Origin: Eledone cirrhosa
Taxonomy: Eukaryota
Reading direction: 5' to 3'
Length of the DNA: 64,000 nucleotides
Assembly (NCBI GenBank): GCA_964016885.1
Contig: OZ024743.1
Span: forward strand, 86,676,001-86,740,000
Of the stretch, positions 1 to 12,300 are shown piece by piece. The notes beneath the pieces were generated by a model. It was not told the DNA's origin, did not search any database, and saw only the letters and a list, made by a program, of their open reading frames with translations. Positions within the stretch are counted from its first letter, which is position 1. Every line of letters begins with the position of its first letter. The position numbers and the translations under genes are program-made.

Positions 1-186
1 GCCATGTGCCTCCATATCCCTTTTAAATGATTTTTTAAATGATATTTTGAAATATACCTTTTTGTGATGGTTTTAGTGATGTTTCTGAATATACTTTTAA
101 TGTCTGTAATATTTCTTCCTAATAGACTATATAGACATCCATACATATATATGTTTAATATCATTAACATATGCATAAACATAAGG

Positions 187-1228
187 AACTTGCATTAAGC
201 CCGATGTTGCTCGGGGTCAGTAAGTTACCAAAGCTAGGTTGCACCACCTATTTTATAGCAGCACTTTTTTGCCTGCCAGGCACTGGGTGAATGAATTGCA
301 GACCTGGACTGCTGATGCAGGAGCTGCGCCAGCAGTGACAATTGTAGTTTCGCCTATGGATATTATCTCTGTGCAAAGAAGTGTTGAAATTTATTGTTTC
401 ACAGTACTTGCGTAACACACGTGTAGACGATGCCAGCCGAACAACAGAGCTGCGATGGAGTTGTTCTGCATGGTTGTCTAATGTGTGTTTTCTAAATTTA
501 AGACAGTAGGGAGGGGTGTGATATGGGGGAGAGTTAGCTGCTGTTTCTAGCAGGTTTAGTGACCTCATAGAGGATATGTGTTTTCTAAATTTAAGACAGT
601 AGGGAGGGGTGTGATATGGAGGAGAGTTAGCTGCTGTTTAGTGATCTCATAGAGGATATTATTGTGTATAGTAAATAAACTGATACTTCTTTCTTCCACG
701 TTCGTTGAGAGATGTTTTAAAAAAGATTTATCGCTATTTTTTTTGTTGTTGAATAAATTTATCTGTTGCTTTTGAATAATTGTTGTTTCGTATGAAATGT
801 AATAAGTTCTCTTTGTCATTGAAGTAAATAAATGTTTGACTGTTCCACACTCAAAAACAAACGTTCTCTCTCTCTCTCTCACTCTCTCTCTCTCTCTCTC
901 CTTTCTTCGGCGTTCATAAAGTAAGTTTGTAAGTTTAAGCGTATATAAGAGAAAGTTGCAGCCTGTATGTAGTTTTATCGAATTTTAAGGAGAGTAGAGA
1001 GTAAATCAGATTGTATTAGAGGAGTAAAGCGTCATGTATTTAGTTTTATCGATTATTTCCATAATTGCGGGTGAGTTTGAAATAAATAAATAGTTGTTGA
1101 CCTAAGTTAGACCATTTACAACATTCTTACAGACTTTGAATCGAATCGGTTTGAAATTGTGCAAATGTATAAACATGGAACATGCACACACACACAACAA
1201 CAACAATCTGTTTTTTTATAGATAATGA
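187..1228 (+). mobile_element. Putative non-autonomous Helentron/DINE-like element
   Basis: 5' ACTTGCA-TTAAGCCCGATGTTGCTCGGG hairpin-type end; a related end lies on - at about 17918-17950; internal (CT)n; 3' end TTTTATAGAT after (CA)n. Family assignment is inferred from architecture only. Confidence 0.4.
484..659. repeat. Tandem duplication, about 93-bp period
   Basis: TGTGTTTTCTAAATTTAAGACAGTAGGGAGGGGTGTGATATGG...CTCATAGAGGATA starts at 484 and again at 577; the second copy has a short internal deletion. Confidence 0.9.
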
Positions 1229-2007
1229 TGCTATCTAAATACATGTATAAAAGAAATTTTATCTTAGAAAATATGTAATATATGATACTATAAAATCATA
1301 TATAAAGTAATATATATTTTTTTACATATATCTTAATTAGAATTTTTTTTTTAAAGTAAATTCTAGAATAATCGGTAATTATAAATATTTTAACTAAGAA
1401 ATATTGGAGTTACCTTTTCCTTTATAATATAACACGCTTACACATTTCTTCTAAGTAACAACTAAACTTTACATAAATACTGAACATTTTTTTGTATAAT
1501 CTTCAACTTCGTAAATTGTAAATGTATTCCTATATAGATGCAACTATTGAATGTACAAAATAATCTTCTATAATAAAATAGAACTACTTCCTTTTTCTTA
1601 AATACATATTGAAAATGTAAACGGGAAATTCATCGTAACTATTCACATATAAAAATATTTAAATTATCTATCTATTAATAAAAACAACATATATACTCAC
1701 CGAAATTATTTATATGAATATTTATATAAATAACCTATTGTAATATAATAAAATATACTTACAACCCTAATTCTTCATAAAATATACTTATAAATATCTC
1801 TATAATATTAAAACTCACTATTAGAATAGACCTAATAATTAGTAGTATCCCTCATTTTTAAAAAATTTAATATTCTACCACTTCAACACATTTATAATTG
1901 TCATATTATATTATAAATACTACCAACATATATAATTATATAATTAAATAAATATAATTATTTCACTCTCTTTACATCATAACTAATACGATCCATACAA
2001 TTATATA

Positions 2008-2123
2008 TTAATAATTGTTTCTACTTTGGGCACAAGGCCAGCAATAACCCAGTGTATTACTGGTACTTTATTTTATCGACCCCGTAAGGATGAAAGGCAA
2101 AGTTAACCTCGGCGGGATTTGAA
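2008..2123 (-). mobile_element. Nin/Deu-domain SINE, 5'-truncated
   Basis: Reverse complement of TTCAAATCCCGCCGAGGTTAACTTTGCCTTTCATCCTTACGGGGTCGATAAAATAAAGTACCAG...TAGAAACAATTATT, shared with many copies in this window. Confidence 0.8.
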
Positions 2124-2406
2124 ATAATAATAGTCTATTTCTAACTATAATATATTTTTTTCTTATATTCTTCCCTTAAATTTTCTTACACCCTAATATT
2201 AACCCCTCTCTCTTCTTCCCTTAAAAAATAACACTAATAATTATTTTAATTTACCTAGCATCTAAATATAACGATCTTTTTCAACTTTACGTTATCCTTA
2301 TTAACATATTCATCCTAAGATTTTAATTTCTTTCACTATTCAAACAGAACTTAAAACGATAAGTTCTTGTTTTTGGATATGTCACTATCTATAAAACAAC
2401 TTTCGT

Positions 2407-2467
2407 ATTTTATCTGATGAGAGCGTACCAAAAAAATTTTTGTACCCTTGAAATATATATAATAAAA
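2407..2467 (+). ncRNA. Minimal type I hammerhead ribozyme (Penelope-like)
   Basis: Stem I ATTTTAT/ATAAAAT; core CTGATGA; stem II GAGCGTAC/GTACCCTT (one mismatch); GAAA; palindromic stem III TATATA; NUH = ATA. Confidence 0.75.
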
Positions 2468-2756
2468 TAAATATGGTTTTATAAAGATAGTTTCCATTTA
2501 TTAATATTATTGATATACTCCAGAAGAAATTTGTAGAATGCTTCGAATCTGTTATAAATAAATTTGTTGAATAACCAACAAATTAAATAACTCTTTGCTT
2601 ATATATATATGTATTAGGATTGGTGCTCTGAAATAGCGATGTATATATGAATGTATGTATAATACAATATACCGTATGTTTAATTAAAAACATTCAGAAG
2701 ACCATACACTATCGGTTTTAAAGTAGTGACTTCTTTTTCGCGAAAGAAGGGAGAGA

Positions 2757-2798
2757 AGCTAGCAGTCTGTTTCACGCTGGTTGGCGATCATCAGAGCC
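2757..2798 (-). ncRNA. Minimal hammerhead ribozyme, decayed copy
   Basis: Minus strand reads GGCT-CTGATGA-TCGC-CAACCA-GCGT-GAAA-CAGACTG-CT-AGCT; the U of NUH is mutated to C. Confidence 0.6.
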
Positions 2799-3068
2799 AT
2801 GCACCCCTGCTTCCACCGAAAATTATAGAAGCTGCATTCTTATAGAATTCCAGTAATAACCAGGAGCTGATTATACAGAGCGATTGCCGGTCCAGCGAAA
2901 ATTAGGTATTAGGATTGGTGCTCTGAAATAGCGATGTATACATGAATGTATGTATAGTATATTTGGCAATATACCGTATGTTTAATTAGAAACATTTAGA
3001 AGACATTCGGTATATTGCCAAATACACTATACATACATTCATGTATACATCGGAAGCAGGGGGCGCGT

Positions 3069-3109
3069 GGCTCTGATGATTGCCAACCAGTGTGAAACGA
3101 CTGTTAGCT
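3069..3109 (+). ncRNA. Minimal hammerhead ribozyme, decayed copy (inverted partner of 2757-2798)
   Basis: GGCT-CTGATGA-TTGC-CAACCA-GTGT-GAAA-CGACTG-TT-AGCT; CpG decay in stem II and one base missing in stem III. Confidence 0.6.
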
Positions 3110-3662
3110 TCTCTGCCTTCTTTCGCCGAAGAGAAGTAAGTGACATAGTCACTACTTTAAAACCGATAGCATATGGTCTTTGAAATGTTTATAATTAAAC
3201 ATACGGTATATTGCCAAATATACTATACATACATTCATATCATCATCATCATCATCATCATCATTTTACGACCGCTTTTCCCTGCTTGCAAGGGTGGGAC
3301 GGGTCCTATTCAGCACAGCATCTCTCCACTTCAGCGATCTGAGGTCTGCTCTCACCACCTCCGCCCATGTTTTTCATGGTCTTCCTCTACTAAGTCTTCC
3401 TTCATATATCATCATCATCATCATCATTTAACATCCATCTTCCACACTGGCATGGGTTAGATGAGTTTGTCCCATTTAGAGGCAAGATGGGTCGGGAAAC
3501 CATATCTCACTCATATAGGACTATTCCTGGCTGGTTTTCTATGGCTGGATGCCCTTCCTAACACCAACCATATTTACAGTGTGTGCTGGGTGTTTTGTGG
3601 TACCAACATAACATATATATATATATACATATATACATATATACACACACACACACACATAT

Positions 3663-4002
3663 ATGGAGGCACATGTCTTAGTGGTTAGAGCATTGGCCTT
3701 GCAATCAAAAGGTTGTGAGTTCAATTCTCAGACCGGGTGATGTGTTGTTTCCTTGAGCAAGACACTTTATTTCACATTGCTCCAGTTTACTCAGCTGTAG
3801 AAATGAGATGATAGAGACTGGGGTCCATATCATTCCACTGCAAAGTGGTCGTGGAGGTTCCACGGCAAAAAAGCACCCAGCTCACACTGTAAATGAGGTT
3901 GGTGTTAAGAAGGGCATCCAGTTGTAGAAATCAAGCCAGAATCAGTTCCCGTCCCACCCTTGCAAGCAGGGAAAAGCGGACGTAAAATGATGATGATGAT
4001 GA
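3663..4002 (+). mobile_element. tRNA-headed CORE-like SINE with RTE-type (ATG)n tail
   Basis: A-box-like TAGTGGTTAGAG and B-box GAGTTCAATTC; CCTTGAGCAAGACACTTT...CTCAGCTGTAGAAATGAG resembles the CORE domain; then GAAGGGCATCCAG motif and (ATG)n. Near-identical copies at 25268-25607 and 43014-43395. Confidence 0.8.
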
Positions 4003-4004
4003 TA

Positions 4005-4054
<50 letters not shown>

Positions 4055-4207
4055 ATTAAAATTAAAATACTTGAGTGCGTTAGAGTTAAACACACTCGTC
4101 GTATTAGAGAAATGACAGTATAAGATATAGCTCAATGTATTCCAACAGAGCCGAAAAATTATAAAAAATAAACAAAGAAGCCTTCAATACATCAAAAGTC
4201 TTTATTA

Positions 4208-4248
4208 GCTGACAATGTTTCGTCCCATTAATAAGGACTCATCAGAGC
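4208..4248 (-). ncRNA. Minimal type I hammerhead ribozyme
   Basis: Minus strand reads GCT-CTGATGA-GTCCT-TATTAAT-GGGAC-GAAA-CATTG-TC-AGC: canonical core, NUH = GTC. Confidence 0.8.
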
Positions 4249-5220
4249 AAGTAAAGAGACAAGAAGCATTAACGGCCAGAACAAACCAAAACTCAGAAGA
4301 ACAGGGAATTTATATCTATGAAAACTTAGGAAAGACATCAAGGAAAGACATGCTAAAGCTAAAAGTGTGCATTTGCAAATATAGACTATAGGGCAGGAGA
4401 GCGAGTAATATGTCAAACCCACGTTGAAAGAACAATATAAGACAAATACATGAAACACAACATGGTAACACAATATGAGAATTATAATATGATATAGAAT
4501 ACAATATAATGGATAATAAGAAATATAAAGCTTAATATATATGTATATATATATATCCATATATATACACATTTACACAAACACATACTAACACTTATTT
4601 AAATATTTAAATATAAGTATACTCGTTATAATATAATAATCATTATAATAGCATAATCACCCTGACGGTGTGCATAAACAATATCAAAAACGATGGAATA
4701 ATATACTGACATTAAAAAATATATAAAACTACATCATACGTATCATTTAAGGTCAACAAATTGTATATAAAGTTTTTCACAGGGTAAGAAAAAATATCAT
4801 ATAAAAATAAAGTATGGTGAAAAAATATATATAACTATATATAATATTGACAATAAATATCCAGAGGTATATGCAGTTCAAATTCATAAAATATTACAAA
4901 ACAGTACCTCAATATCGGACATGTATATATAATTCAATTACATAAAAATAATATGATATATTAATGTTAATATTACAATAGCGGACACACAGAATCATGT
5001 GTATATATATGGATATATATATATACATATATATTAAGCTAAGCATATATATTAAGCTTAAGTGGTAGTGCATTATAAGCCTTCGCCCCCTCACCAGATA
5101 TTCATTAGTAGCTTCAGTTGCCAACACTTTGAGGGCGACTGGCCGAGAAGCTAGTTGGTCAGTCGTCCTCTCTGTCTCTGTCTCTGAATTCTCGGACCCA
5201 TGGTTTTTTACATATTCCTT

Positions 5221-5294
5221 TGTTATATTCCAATACCTGATGATATCACCGGATTCATATGGAACCCGGTCATTGAAATGATCATAATATAATA
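5221..5294 (+). ncRNA. Hammerhead ribozyme candidate with imperfect stem I
   Basis: CTGATGA, long stem II (ACCGG/CCGGT, TTC/GAA), GAAA, palindromic stem III TGATCA, then TA. Stem I pairs (TGTTATAT/ATATAATA) only with an 8-nt bulge. Confidence 0.55.
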
Positions 5295-5703
5295 AACCTT
5301 TCAAGGATTTACACCAGTCCAGCCTCCTGTTATTTTATTTCATTTATATATATATATATGTATGTATGTATGTATATATATATATATATAACCCATGCTA
5401 GCGTGGAAGATAGATGTTAAACGATGATGATGATGATGATATATATATATATATATATATCACACAAAGATAAAATACATATGTATTCTTTCACATTTTC
5501 TCATTTCAGTTATTGGTTAACTGCCATACTGGGGCACTGTCAACAAAAGTTTAATTGATTGCACTGACCAACATACATTCTCTGGTACTTACTGCATCTC
5601 ACAAAGAAGGAGCAAAATAAAATTCTATTCGGGAGGTATGTATTATATGTATTTGAACAAAGAATATAAAAGAACCTAACTATACCTTTAACACTTTGCT
5701 GAC

Positions 5704-6303
5704 ATGTATGCCGAACTACAGTGCCAAACTCAGGAAGGAAGATTGCTACGTGAGTTAGACATCACTTGTTCTAACCTGGACAAACAACGACAAGTTATGC
5801 TTCAGGGAATGACAAATGACCAACAGAAATGGAGGAAGAGATTATTAAAATACCAACTACAAATGGAAATTAACAAATTGAAACACCATGGTGGTGGCGA
5901 ATGGACTGAAACGGTTCAGCGGATGGTATCGTTGAATCAATGTCTCAACGAAATGTCTGAGCAGGATATTCTACTAAATCTGAAGAAAATAGGAGGTGAC
6001 AACTGCGATGCTAATCAGCGTAAAAGGTTGCGTAGAGTTTTATATGTCAAATATATGAATCAGACATTTGTTCGGTGCACAACAACACGGTCTAGTAAGC
6101 AGACATTGCATCAATGCTCCAGCGACAGCGTTAAACCATCGTTCCAACAAGTAAATAATGCAACACTCTTACGGGACAACACCAGATTATCTTCGCCTGG
6201 ATACAAACCTGCAGCTTTCTACCAAGAAAATAGCTTTAGTGGTCAGAGTTTACAATTACCAAAACTTGCCAACAGTGTTGGAAGGGAGAATAGATCTGAC
6301 TGA
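5704..6303 (+). CDS. Candidate intronless 199-aa protein with N-terminal coiled coil
   Basis: ATG-to-TGA ORF in non-repetitive sequence with ordinary composition; helical-looking segment RLLRELDITCSNLDKQRQVMLQGMTNDQQKWRKRLLKYQLQ. No domain recognised with certainty. Confidence 0.45.
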   Translation: MYAELQCQTQEGRLLRELDITCSNLDKQRQVMLQGMTNDQQKWRKRLLKYQLQMEINKLKHHGGGEWTETVQRMVSLNQCLNEMSEQDILLNLKKIGGDNCDANQRKRLRRVLYVKYMNQTFVRCTTTRSSKQTLHQCSSDSVKPSFQQVNNATLLRDNTRLSSPGYKPAAFYQENSFSGQSLQLPKLANSVGRENRSD

Positions 6304-6317
6304 GAAGAATTTCACAA

Positions 6318-9300
6318 ATAACAGCATCAACAACAATAAAAACAGTAATAACAACAACAGCAACAACAATAGCAAAAGTGACAATAACAGTGACAACAAC
6401 AACATCAGCAACAACAATAACAACAGCAACAACAATAACAATAACAACAGCATCAACAATAACAACAACAATAACAATAACAACAGCATCAACAATAACA
6501 ACAACAATAACAGCAGCAGCATCAACAATAACAGCAGCAACAACAATAACAATAACAACAGCAACAACAATAACAGCAGTAACAACAGTAACAACAACAG
6601 CAGCATCAACAATAACAACAGCAACAGTAGCAACAACAACAGTAACAACAATAACAACAACAACAGTAACAACAGCAACAGTAACAACAACAACAGCATC
6701 AACAATAACAACAACAATAACAACAGCAACAACAATAACAACAGCAGTGACAACAACAGTAACAACAATAACAACAGCAACAGAAATGCCAACACTAGCA
6801 ACAGCAACAACAACAACAACACCAGCAGTAACAACAACAACAGCAACAGAAATGTCAACACTAGCAGCAGCAACAACAACAACAACACCAGCAGTAACAA
6901 CAACAACAGCAACAGAAATGCCAACACTAGCAGCAGCAACAACAACAACACCAGCAGTAACAACAACAACAGCAACAGAAATGCCAACACTAGCAGCAGC
7001 AACAACAACACCAGCAGTAACAACAACAACAACAACAGAAATGCCAACACTAGCAGCAGCAACAACAACAACAACACCAGCAGTAACAACAACAACAACA
7101 ACAGAAATGCCAACACTAACAGCAGCAACAACAACAACAACACCAGCAGTAACAACAACAACAACAGAAATGCCAACACTAGCAGCAGCAACAACAACAA
7201 CAACACCAGCAGTAACAACAACAACAGCAACAGAAATGCCAACACTAGCAGCAGCAACAACAACAACAACACCAGCAGTAACAACAACAACAACAACAGA
7301 AATGTCAACACTAACAGCAGCAACAACAACAACAACACCAGCAGTAACAACAACAACAGCAACAGAAATGCCAACACTAGCAGCAGCAATAACAACAACA
7401 ACACCAGCAGTAACAACAACAACAACAACAGAAATGCCAACACTAACAGCAGCAACAACAACAACAACACCAGCAGTAACAACAACAACAACAGAAATGC
7501 CAACACTAGCAGCAGCAACAACAACAACAACACCAGCAGTAACAACAACAACAACAACAGAAATGTCAACACTAGCAGCAGCAACAACAACAACAACACC
7601 AGCAGTAACAACAACAACAACAACAGAAATGCCAACACTAGCAGCAGCAACAACAACAACAACACCAGCAGTAACAACAACAACAACAACAGAAATGCCA
7701 ACACTAGCAGCAGCAATAACAACAACAACACCAGCAGTAACAACAACAACAACAACAGAAATGCCAACACTAACAGCAGCAACAACAACAACAACACCAG
7801 CAGTAACAACAACAACAACAGAAATGCCAACACTAGCAGCAGCAACAACAACAACAACACCAGCAGTAACAACAACAACAACAACAGAAATGCCAACACT
7901 AGCAGCAGCAACAACAACAACAACACCAGCAGTAACAACAACAACAACAACAGAAATGCCAACACTAACAGCAGCAACAACAACAACAACACCAGCAGTA
8001 ACAACAACAACAACAGAAATGCCAACACTAGCAGCAGCAACAACAACAACAACACCAGCAGTAACAACAACAACAACAACAGAAATGTCAACACTAACAG
8101 CAGCAACAACAACAACAACACCAGCAGTAACAACAACAACAACAACAGAAATGCCAACACTAGCAGCAGCAACAACAACAACAACACCAGCAGTAACAAC
8201 AACAACAGCAACAGAAATGCCAACACTAGCAGCAGCAACAACAACAACAACAACACCAGCAGTAACAACAACAACAGCAACAGAAATGCCAACACTAGCA
8301 GCAGCAATAACAACAACAACACCAGCAGTAACAACAACAACAACAACAGAAATGCCAACACTAACAGCAGCAACAACAACAACAACACCAGCAGTAACAA
8401 CAACAACAACAGAAATGCCAACACTAGCAGCAGCAACAACAACAACAACACCAGCAGTAACAACAACAACAACAACAACAGAAATGTCAACACTAACAGC
8501 AGCAACAACAACAACAACACCAGCAGTAACAACAACAACAACAGAAATGCCAACACTAGCAGCAGCAACAACAACAACAACACCAGCAGTAACAACAACA
8601 ACAACAACAACAGAAATGTCAACACTAACAGCAGCAACAACAACAACAACACCAGCAGTAACAACAACAACAACAACAGAAATGCCAACACTAGCAGCAG
8701 CAACAACAACAACAACACCAGCAGTAACAACAACAACAACAACAGAAATGCCAACACTAACAGCAGCAACAACAACAACAACACCAGCAGTAACAACAAC
8801 AACAACAGAAATGCCAACACTAGCAGCAGCAACAACAACAACAACACCAGCAGTAACAACAACAACAACAACAGAAATGTCAACACTAACAGCAGCAACA
8901 ACAACAACAACACCAGCAGTAACAACAACAACAACAACAGAAATGCCAACACTAGCAGCAGCAACAACAACAACAACACCAGCAGTAACAACAACAACAA
9001 CAACAGAAATGCCAACACTAACAGCAGCAACAACAACAACAACACCAGCAGTAACAACAACAACAACAACAGAATTGCCAACACTAGCAGCAGCAACAAC
9101 AACAACAACACCAGCAGTAACAACAACAACAACAACAGAAATGTCAACACTAACAGCAGCAACAACAACAACAACACCAGCAGTAACAACAACAACAGCA
9201 ACAGAAATGCCAACACTAGCAGCAGCAACAACAACAACAACACCAGCAGTAACAACAACAACAACAACAGAAATGCCAACACTAGCAGCAGCAACAACAA

Positions 9301-12300
9301 CAACAACACCAGCAGTAACAACAACAACAACAGAAATGCCAACACTAGCAGCAGCAACAACAACAACAACACCAGCAGTAACAACAACAACAACAACAGA
9401 AATGCCAACACTAGCAGCAGCAACAACAACAACAACACCAGCAGTAACAACAACAACAACAACAGAAATGCCAACACTAGCAGCAGCAACAACAACAACA
9501 ACACCAGCAGTAACAACAACAACAACAGAAATGCCAACACTAGCAGCAGCAACAACAACAACAACACCAGCAGTAACAACAACAACAACAACAGAAATGC
9601 CAACACTAGCAGCAGCAACAACAACAACAACACCAGCAGTAACAACAACAACAACAGAAATGCCAACACTAGCAGCAGCAACAACAACAACAACACCAGC
9701 AGTAACAACAACAACAACAGAAATGCCAACACTAGCAGCAGCAACAACAACAACAACACCAGCAGTAACAACAACAACAACAACAGAAATGCCAACACTA
9801 GCAGCAGCAACAACAACAACAACACCAGCAGTAACAACAACAACAACAGAAATGCCAACACTAGCAGCAGCAACAACAACAACAACACCAGCAGTAACAA
9901 CAACAACAACAACAGAAATGCCAACACTAGCAGCAGCAACAACAACAACAACACCAGCAGTAACAACAACAACAACAGAAATGCCAACACTAGCAGCAGC
10001 AACAACAACAACAACACCAGCAGTAACAACAACAACAACAACAGAAATGCCAACACTAGCAGCAGCAACAACAACAACAACACCAGCAGTAACAACAACA
10101 ACAACAGAAATGCCAACACTAGCAGCAGCAACAACAACAACAACACCAGCAGTAACAACAACAACAACAACAGAAATGCCAACACTAGCAGCAGCAACAA
10201 CAACAACAACACCAGCAGTAACAACAACAACAACAACAGAAATGCCAACACTAGCAGCAGCAACAACAACAACAACACCAGCAGTAACAACAACAACAAC
10301 AGAAATGCCAACACTAGCAGCAGCAACAACAACAACAACACCAGCAGTAACAACAACAACAACAACAGAAATGCCAACACTAGCAGCAGCAACAACAACA
10401 ACAACACCAGCAGTAACAACAACAACAACAGAAATGCCAACACTAGCAGCAGCAACAACAACAACAACACCAGCAGTAACAACAACAACAACAGAAATGC
10501 CAACACTAGCAGCAGCAACAACAACAACAACACCAGCAGTAACAACAACAACAACAACAGAAATGCCAACACTAGCAGCAGCAACAACAACAACAACACC
10601 AGCAGTAACAACAACAACAACAGAAATGCCAACACTAGCAGCAGCAACAACAACAACAACACCAGCAGTAACAACAACAACAACAACAGAAATGCCAACA
10701 CTAGCAGCAGCAACAACAACAACAACACCAGCAGTAACAACAACAACAACAGAAATGCCAACACTAGCAGCAGCAACAACAACAACAACACCAGCAGTAA
10801 CAACAACAACAACAACAGAAATGCCAACACTAGCAGCAGCAACAACAACAACAACACCAGCAGTAACAACAACAACAACAACAGAAATGCCAACACTAGC
10901 AGCAGCAACAACAACAACAACACCAGCAGTAACAACAACAACAACAACAGAAATGCCAACACTAGCAGCAGCAACAACAACAACAACACCAGCAGTAACA
11001 ACAACAACAACAACAGAAATGCCAACACTAGCAGCAGCAACAACAACAACAACACCAGCAGTAACAACAACAACAGCAACAGAAATGCCAACACTAACAG
11101 CAGCAACAACAACAACAACACCAGCAGTAACAACAACAACAACAACAGAAATGCCAACACTAGCAGCAGCAACAACAACAACAACACCAGCAGTAACAAC
11201 AACAACAGCAACAGAAATGCCAACACTAGCAGCAGCAACAACAACAACAACACCAGCAGTAACAACAACAACAACAACAGAAATGCCAACACTAGCAGCA
11301 GCAACAACAACAACAACACCAGCAGTAACAACAACAACAACAGAAATGCCAACACTAACAGCAGCAACAACAACAACAACACCAGCAGTAACAACAACAA
11401 CAACAGAAATGCCAACACTAACAGCAGCAACAACAACAACAACACCAGCAGTAACAACAACAACAACAGAAATGCCAACACTAGCAGCAGCAACAACAAC
11501 AACAACACCAGCAGCAACAACAACAACAACACCAGCAGTAACAACAACAACAACAACAGAAATGCCAACACTAACAGCAGCAACAACAACAACAACACCA
11601 GCAGTAACAACAACAACAACAGAAATGCCAACACTAGCAGCAGCAACAACAACAACAACACCAGCAGCAACAACAACAACAACAGAAATGCCAACACTAG
11701 CAGCAGCAACAACAACAACAACACCAGCAGTAACAACAACAACAGCAACAACAACAACAACACCAGCAGCAACAACAACAACAACAACACCAGCAGTAAC
11801 AACAACAACAACAGAAATGCCAACACTAGCAGCAGCAACAACAACAACAACACCAGCAGCAACAACAACAACAACAGAAATGTCAACACTAACAGCAGCA
11901 ACAACAACAACAACACCAGCAGTAACAACAACAACAGCAACAGAAATGCCAACACTAGCAGCAGCAACAACAACAACAACACCAGCAGTAACAACAACAA
12001 CAACAACAGAAATGCCAACACTAACAGCAGCAACAACAACAACAACACCAGCAGTAACAACAACAACAACAGAAATGCCAACACTAACAGCAGCAACAAC
12101 AACAACAACACCAGCAGTAACAACAACAACAACAGAAATGCCAACACTAGCAGCAGCAACAACAACAACAACACCAGCAGTAACAACAACAACAGCAACA
12201 ACAACAACAACACCAGCAGCAACAACAACAACAACAACACCAGCAGTAACAACAACAACAACAACAGAAATGCCAACACTAGCAGCAGCAACAACAACAA

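Larger units (their letters stand above)
2611..3240. mobile_element. Nested direct plus inverted repeat resembling a Penelope-like pseudo-LTR arrangement
   Basis: GTATTAGGATTGGTGCTCTGAAATAGCGATGTA occurs at 2611 and 2906. About 3008-3052 is the reverse complement of about 2932-2976, and about 3052-3240 is the reverse complement of about 2645-2814. The unit carries a hammerhead motif. Confidence 0.7.

Noticed and set aside
1230-2400. Decayed Penelope ORF upstream of the first hammerhead
   Set aside because: Extremely AT-rich; no RT or GIY-YIG motif could be read with confidence.
3663-3740. tRNA gene
   Set aside because: The A/B boxes belong to SINE heads repeated throughout the window and run into SINE body sequence.
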